Shown here piece after piece: positions 29,627-38,665 of a DNA stretch of 64,000 nt. Under the pieces are notes generated by a model that was not told the DNA's origin, did no database searches, and saw nothing but the letters and a program-made list of their open reading frames with translations. The translations under genes and the position numbers were made by a program. The stretch spans positions 131,240 to 195,239 of the forward strand of contig CAZLWA010000005.1 in the NCBI GenBank assembly GCA_964563165.1, given 5' to 3'. The stretch is from an uncultured Bacteroidota bacterium (lineage in GTDB: Bacteria; CLD3; SB21). How positions within the stretch are numbered: position 1 is the stretch's first letter; every line of letters begins with the position of its first letter.

Positions 29627-30634
29627 ATGAAAGTCGCCGTATTTTTGGGTGGAACTTCCAGCGAGCGCAACGTCTCTTTGTCTTCCGGTTCCGCCATTAT
29701 CAAAGCCCTGCAAGAACTCAAACACGAAGTGGTAGCGCTCGACCCTGCTTTTGGAAAGGATCAGCCCTCTCACGAAGCTTCTCAAATCGGACAAACGCCG
29801 CCGGACCCGGAGGTTTTGGGAAATTTGTCATCCGAAAAATACGGCCGGAATGCTTTTGAACTTGTTGAATTAATTCGTTCGGCTAAGGTAGATCTGGTTT
29901 TCAACGCGCTGCACGGCGGCGACGGCGAAAACGGAATTATTCAGGCATTTCTTGACCTGAACAAAATTAAATATACGGCTTCCGGCTTTCTCGCAAGTGC
30001 GGTCGCCATGAATAAAGTATTATCCAAGCGCCTCTTCGAAAGCGAAGGCATTCCGACGCCGCATTATCTTTTTTATGAAAAAGATTCGGATTTTCATGCC
30101 GCCGAACACCTAATCAATGAAAAAGAATATCCAATTGTCGTTAAGCCTAATTCCGAGGGCTCGACCGTTGGATTGACGGTGGTCAAAGAAGAGCTTGCCC
30201 TGGAAGCTGCTTGGAACAAAGCTTCGCGCTATGGTGATATTCTGATAGAGAGTTATATTGCCGGGCGCGAATTAACGGTGTCGGTCCTTGGCGATGAAGT
30301 TTTGCCGGTCATTGAAATTATTCCAGAAGGCGGAATTTACGATTACGAGCACAAATACACCAAAGGAAAGACCAAGTACGTTTGCCCTGCGGAATTGCCG
30401 GATGACATTTCTGCGGAAGCGCAGCGGCTGGCATTAACGGCGTTTAAAATTTTGGGCTGTAAAGGATACGGACGCGTTGATTTTCGATTGGGCCCGGAAA
30501 ATCAATTGTTTTGCCTCGAAGTGAATACGCTGCCCGGTATGACATCCAGCAGCCTGCTTCCGAAAGCGGCGAAAGCGGCCGGAATGGAATTTCCGGTACT
30601 CATTGACAAGATCATTCGGTTGGCGCTGAAGTAA
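29627..30634 (+). CDS. ddl: D-alanine--D-alanine ligase.
   Basis: MKVAVFLGGTSSERNVSLSSG N-terminus, ATP-grasp core, and a C-terminal LPGMTSSSLLPKAA segment. Length is 335 aa. Confidence 0.85.
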   Translation: MKVAVFLGGTSSERNVSLSSGSAIIKALQELKHEVVALDPAFGKDQPSHEASQIGQTPPDPEVLGNLSSEKYGRNAFELVELIRSAKVDLVFNALHGGDGENGIIQAFLDLNKIKYTASGFLASAVAMNKVLSKRLFESEGIPTPHYLFYEKDSDFHAAEHLINEKEYPIVVKPNSEGSTVGLTVVKEELALEAAWNKASRYGDILIESYIAGRELTVSVLGDEVLPVIEIIPEGGIYDYEHKYTKGKTKYVCPAELPDDISAEAQRLALTAFKILGCKGYGRVDFRLGPENQLFCLEVNTLPGMTSSSLLPKAAKAAGMEFPVLIDKIIRLALK

Positions 30635-30715
30635 TTATCCGCGGGCTATTTTTATTTTCGAATTTGTTCAAAGACATTTGATTCTCGTAATATGTAATAT
30701 TGAGGAGTTTGAACG

Positions 30716-31498
30716 ATGTCCTATAAGAATCTATTATTTGAGGTAAGAAACCGAATTGCTTACCTCACGATTAATCGTCCGGATAAACTCAATGCGCTGA
30801 ACAGTGAAACGTTCACCGAATTGGGCGACGCGTTAAAGAAAATAAATGAAGACGCCGCAATTGTCGGCGTCATCCTAACCGGCAGCGGCGAAAAAGCCTT
30901 CGTCGCCGGAGCCGACATTACCGAATTGGCTGTGCAAACCCCGGTGACCGCAAAAGAATTCGCGCTGCGGAGCGAGGTCGTATTGTGCGCCATCGAACGC
31001 ATGAGCAAGCCGGTCATTGCCGCGGTGAACGGATTTGCGCTCGGCGGAGGATGTGAACTCTCCATGGCGTGTCACATGCGTGTCGCTTCAGAAAACGCCA
31101 AGTTCGGTCAGCCGGAAGTTAATTTGGGACTCATCGCCGGCAACGGCGGAACGCAGCGCCTTCCGCGCCTCATTGGAAAAGGCCGTGCCCTTGAATTGCT
31201 GTGCACGGGCGATATGATCTCCGCCGAAGAAGCGTACCGTATCGGACTGGCCAATAAGATTACGAAAAAAGAAGAATTGATAGCTACCTGCGAAAAAATA
31301 CTGAATACGATTGCCGCCAAGGCCCCGGTAGCTGTCAAACTCACACTGGAAGCGGTTCAAAGCGGTATGGAAATGACGCTTGCCGAAGGTCTCAATTTGG
31401 AGGCCAATCTATTCGGACTTGCGTTTTCAACGGAAGATATGAAAGAAGGCACGAAAGCATTTATTGAGAAAAGAAAAGCGAATTTTCACGGAAAGTGA
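30716..31498 (+). CDS. Enoyl-CoA hydratase/isomerase (crotonase) family protein.
   Basis: 260 aa. AFVAGADI oxyanion-hole segment and AAVNGFALGGGCELSMACHMRVAS. It is a textbook crotonase fold. Confidence 0.8.
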   Translation: MSYKNLLFEVRNRIAYLTINRPDKLNALNSETFTELGDALKKINEDAAIVGVILTGSGEKAFVAGADITELAVQTPVTAKEFALRSEVVLCAIERMSKPVIAAVNGFALGGGCELSMACHMRVASENAKFGQPEVNLGLIAGNGGTQRLPRLIGKGRALELLCTGDMISAEEAYRIGLANKITKKEELIATCEKILNTIAAKAPVAVKLTLEAVQSGMEMTLAEGLNLEANLFGLAFSTEDMKEGTKAFIEKRKANFHGK

Positions 31499-31533
31499 TT
31501 TCTATTTATTCATCCTATTTTTAAAATCCTAAT

Positions 31534-32082
31534 GTGATCAACGTAATTATTTTTGCAGTTATTTCTCTCGTCTCCGTAATTATCTTTTTTACCACTAAAG
31601 CACTTTCTCCGCACGTCATTTGGAAAATTTTGTTTCCAATAGCGTTGCTTATTGGAATAACTTTAGTTGTCATCGAAAGCGCTGAAATTCGAGCTTCTTT
31701 CAAAATACGAAAATGGCCGACAGCGGAAGCGAAAGTTATTTCCTCGCAGATTGCCGGCGTACGGGCATTCCATCCGGATATTAAATACCAATATCAGGTT
31801 CAAGGCGTCACGTATGTGGACAGCACGGACATGAACATGCCCGAATTTGAGAATAAACGCAGCCGGCACACGACCGCCGGAAAAATTGTCGGACAATATT
31901 CCGCCGGAACCGTTGTGACGATTCATTACGACCCTGAAAATCCGGCGATTTCAAAAGTGTCCACGAGCGCTTCCTACTCAGCGTATTTGATCTTGACCGT
32001 CGGCGCGATGCTCTATGGCACGGGCGTTTTCTGGGCGTTGAATATTGTTGCGCGCTATTTGAGGAAACAATCCGTCAATTGA
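31534..32082 (+). CDS. DUF3592-like membrane protein.
   Basis: GTG start. A transmembrane helix precedes a small beta-domain, followed by two C-terminal transmembrane helices. This is the arrangement typical of DUF3592. Confidence 0.4.
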   Translation: MINVIIFAVISLVSVIIFFTTKALSPHVIWKILFPIALLIGITLVVIESAEIRASFKIRKWPTAEAKVISSQIAGVRAFHPDIKYQYQVQGVTYVDSTDMNMPEFENKRSRHTTAGKIVGQYSAGTVVTIHYDPENPAISKVSTSASYSAYLILTVGAMLYGTGVFWALNIVARYLRKQSVN

Positions 32083-32167
32083 TTTTTACCGCGTCATTAA
32101 TTAGATTTTGAATGATTTCCTTCCCTCTGATTTTTAAACTACTTCTGAAACTACCGACAGGGAGAAA

Positions 32168-34276
32168 ATGACCATGAAGCCTTACGCACCCGACAAGATC
32201 AGAAACATTTGTCTTGCTTCGCACGGCGGCACCGGAAAAACGACTTTGGCCGAAGCCATTCTTTACGTCACCGGCGTTAAGAAACGGTTTGGAACGGTCG
32301 AAGAAGGCTCGACCACGAGCGATTATAATTCGGATGAGATCGAGAGGAAATTTTCGATCAACACATCGCTGATGCACTGCGAATGGAACGGTCACAAAAT
32401 CAATATTCTCGATACGCCGGGCTACGCAGATTTTCGCGGCGAGGTGAAAAGTGCCATGAGTGCGGCAGACATGGTGATCATTCCGGTCAGGGCAACGGCC
32501 CTGCTGGATGTGGGAACAGAAATTGCGTGGGATTACGCGGAAGAGTATAAGATTCCGGCGATGTTTGTCGTCAACGAACTCGATAAAGAGAACTCGAATT
32601 TTGACAAGACGTTTGACGTTATAGTCGAGCGGTTCGGCGGAGATAAACACATCGTCGAAATCGGATTTCCTATCGGCGAAGGGCGTCCGGATTTTAACAA
32701 GATCTTTGACACCATCAAAATGCAATTGTTGAAATTCACGCTTGACAAATCCGGAAATTACGAAGCGCTTGACGTTCCCAATGAATTCAAAGACCGGATG
32801 AACAAATTACATGAAATTCTGATCGAAGACGCGGCGGAAAGCGAAGAGAAATTCATGGAGGATTTTTTTGAGACCGGTACGTTAACCGATGAAGAATTTC
32901 GAAAGGGGTTGCGTGAAGGGATTTTGGCAAGAAAGATCATCCCGGTATTCTGTACGGATGGGATTTTTTCCGTCGGCATCAAGCAGCTGCTTGATTTCAT
33001 TGTTGACTACGGGCCGTCACCGGTGGATAGGCCGGTGAAGAAGGGGCTGGCACTCAACGGCGCGAGTGAAACACGCGAATGTAAGTCCGACGCACCTTTC
33101 TCGGCGTTTGTTTTCAAGACCATCAGCGAACCCCACGTCGGTGAATTGTCCCTGTTCCGCGTCTATTCCGGTTCGGTGAAAACCGGCGAAGATGTGATGA
33201 ATTCCAGCAAAAACGTTATAGAGCGCATCGGCCAGGTGTTTTTGCTGAACGGCAAAGAGCGCACGGAAATAGGGTATGCGGGCGCCGGCGATATTGCGGC
33301 GCTGGTTAAACTCAAGGATACACACACGAACAATACACTCACCGACAAGAACAAAGCCATTCGTTTTGAGGAAATTAAATTTCCCGACCCGATCATCACG
33401 TTTGCGATCACGCCCAAAGGAAAGAGCGACGAAACCAAAATCAGTACCGGTTTACACGCTTTTCACGAAGAAGACCCGGCATTCATATTTACGTACGACA
33501 CCGAGACCCTGCAGAGCATCGTCAGCGGTCAGGGAGAAATGCATCTCCTGATTATCACAAAACGTTTGAAGGACCGCTTTGGGGTGGAAGTGGAATTGCA
33601 CGAACCGAGAATTGCCTACAAGGAGACGATCCGCAGTGCGATCAAAGACGCGGAATTCAAGCATAAGAAGCAGTCCGGCGGACGCGGGCAGTACGGGCAC
33701 GTGCATTTGAAAATCGACCCTAAGAAACGCGGCGCGGGTTTTGAATTCGTTAATGAGATTGTCGGCGGCGTCGTACCGGGGCGATTTATCCCGGCGGTCG
33801 AAAAAGGCGTTATCGAGGCGATGACGGGCGGTGTGATCGCCGGCTATCCGGTGGTGGACGTTCGCGTGGAATTGTTTGACGGAACATATCACGATGTGGA
33901 TTCGGATGAACTGTCTTTCAAAATAGCCGGGGCGCAGGCTTTTCGTAAAGGTTTTAAAGATGCGCATCCGGTGATGCTTGAGCCGATCTATGAACTGGAA
34001 GTAAAGATCCCGGACGAATATATGGGTGCGATCATGGGCGACATATCCAGCCGGCGCGGGCAGATTCAAGGCATGGATGCGGACGGACATTTTCAAATCG
34101 TGCGCGCGCATATCCCGCTCGCTGAGATCCTGAAATACGCAACCATCCTGCGCTCGATGACCAGCGGCCGCGGGGTGTTCCGGAAGAAGTTTTCTTATTA
34201 TGCCGAATTGCCGCATGAAGTCGCACATAAGATCATTCACGAATATGAAGAAAGAAAAGCAGCCGGAGAAAAGTGA
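32168..34276 (+). CDS. Elongation factor G paralog (EF-G2-like translational GTPase).
   Basis: G1 ASHGGTGKTT and G3 DTPGYADF motifs, full five-domain EF-G length (702 aa). It is not in a str-operon context (no rpsL/rpsG/tuf nearby). Confidence 0.75.
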   Translation: MTMKPYAPDKIRNICLASHGGTGKTTLAEAILYVTGVKKRFGTVEEGSTTSDYNSDEIERKFSINTSLMHCEWNGHKINILDTPGYADFRGEVKSAMSAADMVIIPVRATALLDVGTEIAWDYAEEYKIPAMFVVNELDKENSNFDKTFDVIVERFGGDKHIVEIGFPIGEGRPDFNKIFDTIKMQLLKFTLDKSGNYEALDVPNEFKDRMNKLHEILIEDAAESEEKFMEDFFETGTLTDEEFRKGLREGILARKIIPVFCTDGIFSVGIKQLLDFIVDYGPSPVDRPVKKGLALNGASETRECKSDAPFSAFVFKTISEPHVGELSLFRVYSGSVKTGEDVMNSSKNVIERIGQVFLLNGKERTEIGYAGAGDIAALVKLKDTHTNNTLTDKNKAIRFEEIKFPDPIITFAITPKGKSDETKISTGLHAFHEEDPAFIFTYDTETLQSIVSGQGEMHLLIITKRLKDRFGVEVELHEPRIAYKETIRSAIKDAEFKHKKQSGGRGQYGHVHLKIDPKKRGAGFEFVNEIVGGVVPGRFIPAVEKGVIEAMTGGVIAGYPVVDVRVELFDGTYHDVDSDELSFKIAGAQAFRKGFKDAHPVMLEPIYELEVKIPDEYMGAIMGDISSRRGQIQGMDADGHFQIVRAHIPLAEILKYATILRSMTSGRGVFRKKFSYYAELPHEVAHKIIHEYEERKAAGEK

Positions 34277-34318
34277 CCCTAATCCAACCGGAAACAAATA
34301 CAAATCATAAAAAAGGTT

Positions 34319-35149
34319 ATGTCCGATCCGAAACAACTGCCGTATTTGATCAGGCTTCTCGATGACGAGTCGGAAATCGTTCAAGAGACCGTGATGAGAG
34401 AATTGATGTCGTTCGGCCCTGAGCTTCAAACACAGCTCACCCGTCAGAATATTATTTTGGACAGACAGCAGAAGCAGGCCTTGCAGGAGTTTTTGGAGAG
34501 CCAAAATCAAATTTGGATTCAAGAAGTGTGGCCGCAATGGTTTTCGCTCCTCGACGACAAAGAAAAATTAGAAAAAGCATTGAGCCTATTGGCGGAATTT
34601 CAATACGGCAGAAATTATCCGGTGACCTTGAGATTTCTGCTCGATCAGCTGGCGGAAGAATATGCATCAACTTATCCCGCCAATGATTCTCTGCGGCTTT
34701 CAGAGTTTTTATTTGAAATAAAAAATCTCAAAGGAGCGGAGACGGATTATCATAGTCCGATGAACAGTAATCTAAATTACGTCATTGAAAAAAAACGCGG
34801 TATTCCGATCAGCCTGGCTTGCATTTATATCTTAGTCGGCCATCGGTTGGGGCTGGAGATACAGGGACTGAATTTCCCCGGACATTTTCTCACGCGTGCG
34901 TACTCGGGCACAAAATCCTTCATCGTGGATTGTTTCCATCACGGCCGCTACGTGGATGAACAGCGTCTTGAGACGACAGAACCTTCGCAATTACTGACCC
35001 GTGAAAAAATAGCTCATCTAGAATGCGATGCAAAAATGATCATCGGCCGGGTTCTGCGGAATCTGATCAATGCGTATCAACTTGAAGGCGATGACATACG
35101 CGGCGCATTGATGACGAAGTTGCTGAGCGCGTTGCCCAAGGATTCGTAG
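34319..35149 (+). CDS. SirB1/YchA-like transglutaminase-superfamily protein (UPF0162).
   Basis: C-terminal signature RGIPISLACIYILVGHRLGLEIQGLNFPGHFL, preceded by a helical-repeat N-terminal region. Confidence 0.5.
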   Translation: MSDPKQLPYLIRLLDDESEIVQETVMRELMSFGPELQTQLTRQNIILDRQQKQALQEFLESQNQIWIQEVWPQWFSLLDDKEKLEKALSLLAEFQYGRNYPVTLRFLLDQLAEEYASTYPANDSLRLSEFLFEIKNLKGAETDYHSPMNSNLNYVIEKKRGIPISLACIYILVGHRLGLEIQGLNFPGHFLTRAYSGTKSFIVDCFHHGRYVDEQRLETTEPSQLLTREKIAHLECDAKMIIGRVLRNLINAYQLEGDDIRGALMTKLLSALPKDS

Positions 35150-35997
35150 TGGCTGACATTCGAAAAACCAGGCTGGATCAACTCTACTCCACATACGACG
35201 CCACGTACATCTTTTCCGATCCCCTCCAGTTGATAAAAACATTTCCGGATCCCCGCGATCAGGAAGTTGCTGCCGTGATGATTTCCGCGATGGCTTTCGG
35301 ACACGTGCAGCAAATCATAAAAGCCGGGAAATTTTGTCTCGATTTGATGGACCACACGCCGAGGACCTTTGTTGATCGGTTTCTCCCCGAAATCGAGATC
35401 GTGCGCTGGAAAAAGTTTTATTACCGCATGGTCAAACCCACCGATATGCTGCGATTATTGTTTACGTTGAAATTAATCTTGCAGAAACACGATTCCCTGG
35501 CCGGATGGATTTCTTCAAAATACGACGATGCCGATGACCATTTGGGAATTACCTGGGCACGATGCGTCCGAGAAATCAAATCTATAGATGCCGGTGAATG
35601 GCAGTGGAAGAGGTCCCGGGGAATTGGTTTCGGTCATTTGCTTCCTGATCCTTTGAATAAAAGCGCCTGCAAGCGGGCAAACTTGTTGCTCCGCTGGATG
35701 GTTAGAAAAGACAATGTGGACTGCGGAATTTGGAGCGACTTGCCGGCATCAAAATTGATCATTCCGCTCGATACCCATGTTCAAAGAATTTCATATAATA
35801 TCGGCTTGACCGATCGGGAAGATCTTTCGTGGAAAACGGCTCTGGAAATTACGGAGAGCCTTCGAAAGCTGGATCCGGCTGATCCTGTCAAATACGATTT
35901 TGCAATCTGTCGTCTGGGTATTTTGCAGATGTGTCCGAAGAAGCGTGATTTGACCAAATGCGCAGGATGCCCGATCGTTGAGATTTGCCGGCTATGA
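35149..35997 (+). CDS. TIGR02757/DUF2400-family protein. It appears to be an HhH-GPD-like DNA-glycosylase-fold protein with a 4Fe-4S cluster loop.
   Basis: GTG start overlapping the upstream stop (taGTG). IPLDTHVQRISYNIGL resembles the VDTHVxR motif of Nth-family glycosylases. The C-terminal C-x8-C-x2-C-x5-C (CPKKRDLTKCAGCPIVEIC) resembles an FeS-cluster loop. Confidence 0.5.
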   Translation: MADIRKTRLDQLYSTYDATYIFSDPLQLIKTFPDPRDQEVAAVMISAMAFGHVQQIIKAGKFCLDLMDHTPRTFVDRFLPEIEIVRWKKFYYRMVKPTDMLRLLFTLKLILQKHDSLAGWISSKYDDADDHLGITWARCVREIKSIDAGEWQWKRSRGIGFGHLLPDPLNKSACKRANLLLRWMVRKDNVDCGIWSDLPASKLIIPLDTHVQRISYNIGLTDREDLSWKTALEITESLRKLDPADPVKYDFAICRLGILQMCPKKRDLTKCAGCPIVEICRL

Positions 35998-36435
35998 AAT
36001 TTCGTGCTCGGAAGGTTCAGTCTCAAAAAGACGGCAGGAATAATCGAGTGAAATTTCTTCTTTAGAAAGATGGCATTGATAATGAAAGGAAATGTCTTTA
36101 GAGCCCATTTTCAAAAAAGCAAGACGATGCTTGCAGGTCTGGCACGTATTCTTTCTGTTCGATTTGATTTTCGGCTTGCGCAGCGTTTTGAGCGATTCCT
36201 GATTGGCACGGGCGGTAGAAATCGTCAGGGATTGAATGTGCGTCATTTCCCTGAAAATGGTATTGATCATTTTCAGGAACTGTCTGATTTGGGTCAGTGA
36301 TTTTCGAACCTTAACCAAGAAAGCAATTTGAATAATCAGAAGGACCAATAAAACGGCAATCAGAAAATAAACAAAAACTTCCCCAAATCCCAATTCGATA
36401 AAAAGTGTCATAGTATCCAAAGGTAATCGAAACAC
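35992..36435 (-). CDS. Small membrane protein with a C-terminal Cys-rich (Zn-finger-like) segment; hypothetical.
   Basis: N-terminal transmembrane helix (VFVYFLIAVLLVLLIIQIAFLV). C-terminal CQTCKH...YQCH...YSC. Start is uncertain: GTG at 36435 or ATG at 36411. It is the last gene of the minus-strand rSAM/HK/nth operon. Confidence 0.35.
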   Translation of the reverse strand: MFRLPLDTMTLFIELGFGEVFVYFLIAVLLVLLIIQIAFLVKVRKSLTQIRQFLKMINTIFREMTHIQSLTISTARANQESLKTLRKPKIKSNRKNTCQTCKHRLAFLKMGSKDISFHYQCHLSKEEISLDYSCRLFETEPSEHEIS

Positions 36436-36502
36436 GCCGTAAAATCAACTTTTTACAGGTGAGTTCTCCAGGACACAATGTCCGTTCCAAACCTCCTGAC
36501 GA

Positions 36503-37150
36503 TCACTTGCCTTTCAACAACGATTGATAATACCGGCACACCCCGTTCATGATGCACGCGTCGCATTGAGGGTTCTTGGGCCGGCAGATTTCCCTTCCCA
36601 AAAAAGAAATGGCCATTCCGGCCTCATTCCAGTGTTTTTTTGGAATCAATTCCATCAATTGCTTTTCGATTTTGTCCGGCTTGTCTCCCGTTGCGATACC
36701 GATGCGGGGCGCGACCCGTATTACGTGCAAGTCCACGATGATACCTTCGGATTTTCCGCCCGATTCGCGAATGATCACATTGGCCGATTTTCTTCCAATG
36801 CCGGAAAGTTCCGTGAGTTCTTCCATCGTGTACGGAATTTTTTCGTCATTCCCGATTGCCCGACTCAATGAGACAAGCCATTTGGCTTTGTTGAAATAAT
36901 TTCTCACGGACTTGATGTAAGGAAATAGATCATCTACCGTAGTCCGGGCGAGTTCTTTCATCGAAGGAAAAGCTTTGAAGAATTCCGGAGCCAATTCATT
37001 AATATGCTTGTCCGAATCGCGGGCGGAGAGCAGGGTCGCTACAACCAGTTGATAGCGGTTTTTATAATTCAACGGATGTTTTTTACCGGAATATTTCTTG
37101 AAAAGCGGCCGGAGGGATTTGAGCCAATTGGTCTTGCTCATAGGACACAA
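36503..37150 (-). CDS. nth: Endonuclease III (HhH-GPD DNA glycosylase/AP lyase with a 4Fe-4S cluster).
   Basis: Helix-hairpin-helix (LTELSGIGRKSANVII), catalytic Lys/Asp region, and C-terminal C-x6-C-x2-C-x5-C (CRPKNPQCDACIMNGVC). TTG at 37150, or ATG at 37141. Confidence 0.85.
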   Translation of the reverse strand: MCPMSKTNWLKSLRPLFKKYSGKKHPLNYKNRYQLVVATLLSARDSDKHINELAPEFFKAFPSMKELARTTVDDLFPYIKSVRNYFNKAKWLVSLSRAIGNDEKIPYTMEELTELSGIGRKSANVIIRESGGKSEGIIVDLHVIRVAPRIGIATGDKPDKIEKQLMELIPKKHWNEAGMAISFLGREICRPKNPQCDACIMNGVCRYYQSLLKGK

Positions 37151-37159
37151 AGAAACTAT

Positions 37160-38665
37160 TTATTTTACGGCTTCCGCTATGGGGCTTTCGATCGGTATGG
37201 AAAAACTAAAAGTGGAACCTTTTCCTTTTTTACTCTGCACCCAAACTTTTCCTCCGTGTATTTCCACAATCTTTTTGACAATAGACAATCCCAGGCCCGT
37301 ACTGGATTCCCCGGCTGTCGGCTTGGAACTCAGTTTTGTAAATTTCCCGAAGATATTATCCATATCCCCTTCGGTCAAGCCGAGCCCGTTATCCTCGATA
37401 TGCGTGATAACCTCTTTATTTGTCGATTCACAATATACACGCACGTGCCCGCCCGCATTAGAATATTTTATGGCATTGCTGATCAAATTGTCGAATACTT
37501 CCATGATACGCGTCTTATCCAGCATGACTTCCGGCAAGCGGGAGTTCTTTTCGATTACGAGTTTAATATTCTTCTTGGCGGCGCTGCTATTGTGGTTTTC
37601 TTCACACTCGTTCAAAATGGAATGAACACTTTCTTTTTTTAAGTTAAGGCTGATTTTTCCGGATTCGATGGCAGACAAATTTAACAAGCCGGCTACGATT
37701 TCCATTAAATTCTTCGAGGAAAAATTAATGCGTTCCAGCATTTTTTTTGCGTTGACCAAGTCCAACGATTCCATTTCAATATCCATCAGCAGCAATTGCG
37801 CGAAGTTGCCGATATTGCCCAGCGGATTACGAAGATCGTGAGCCACCACGCCTAAAAATTCATTTTTGGCTTCGTTCAATTTTTTCAGCTCTTCAAGAAT
37901 TTTTGTCTTCAAGAAAGCCGATATGATGTGTTCTTTCAGATTATGCAGGATCTGGCGATCGTGGTCATCAAAAGCCTCTTCACTCTGCATATTATCAAAA
38001 ATGAGATATCCTTCCACGGTTTGTTTAACTTTAACGCGAAGAACGATCATGGATTTCGGGACGGGCAAATGATCCAGCATATTCTGGCGTTCCGGCATTT
38101 TCTTCACGAGAAAAATATCCTCATAAAGCTCGTCGGCATTTTTCGTAAACAGATCGGCCGTTTCCTCCGGAGTTAACTCGATGGACTTCAGGGCCTCCAG
38201 ATCCCAGCCCTTGGTAACTTTGAATTTGAAGTGGTCCGAGTCTTTGTCGTAGACAAGAACCCTCGCCCGCTCCAGACCTTTGATGACTCTGGACTGGTCG
38301 AGAATCGTATTCAAAAAGCCGACAAAATTCATTTCTGAATTAATGGACTTGACGATGATATTTATCTTTTCAAGTTCCTCCTTTTTCTCTCTCAGGCTTT
38401 TCGCAAGTAATTTCAGATCAAACGTTCGGTCGTCCAACTGACGCTCCTGCCTCTTTTTCATCTCTTCAAGCTGCAGTTCATTGTCTTTTTTCAGCTCCTG
38501 GATCTGCAGTTGATATTTCCAATGTAGCAAAAACGCGATGCCCGCCGCCGCCGCGATAAGAGCGACTATTATTACAATTACGATATCCATGTCCCCTTCC
38601 ATTAAAACAAAATTATTCGATGGTAATAAAGCTCCAAAAGATAAGATTAAAAATGAATTAATCAA
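37160..38665 (-). CDS. Sensor histidine kinase: transmembrane helix, coiled coil, GAF domain, HisKA, HATPase_c.
   Basis: H-box LGVVAHDLRNPL. N/G1/G2 boxes NLISNAIKYS, DNGLGL, GLGLSIVKKIVEIHGG. One N-terminal transmembrane helix. The TTG at 38665 overlaps the rSAM gene by 8 nt. An alternative ATG at 38590 is preceded by GGAAGGGGA. It is paralogous to the C-terminal module of the 55605-59336 kinase. Confidence 0.8.
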   Translation of the reverse strand: MINSFLILSFGALLPSNNFVLMEGDMDIVIVIIVALIAAAAGIAFLLHWKYQLQIQELKKDNELQLEEMKKRQERQLDDRTFDLKLLAKSLREKKEELEKINIIVKSINSEMNFVGFLNTILDQSRVIKGLERARVLVYDKDSDHFKFKVTKGWDLEALKSIELTPEETADLFTKNADELYEDIFLVKKMPERQNMLDHLPVPKSMIVLRVKVKQTVEGYLIFDNMQSEEAFDDHDRQILHNLKEHIISAFLKTKILEELKKLNEAKNEFLGVVAHDLRNPLGNIGNFAQLLLMDIEMESLDLVNAKKMLERINFSSKNLMEIVAGLLNLSAIESGKISLNLKKESVHSILNECEENHNSSAAKKNIKLVIEKNSRLPEVMLDKTRIMEVFDNLISNAIKYSNAGGHVRVYCESTNKEVITHIEDNGLGLTEGDMDNIFGKFTKLSSKPTAGESSTGLGLSIVKKIVEIHGGKVWVQSKKGKGSTFSFSIPIESPIAEAVK

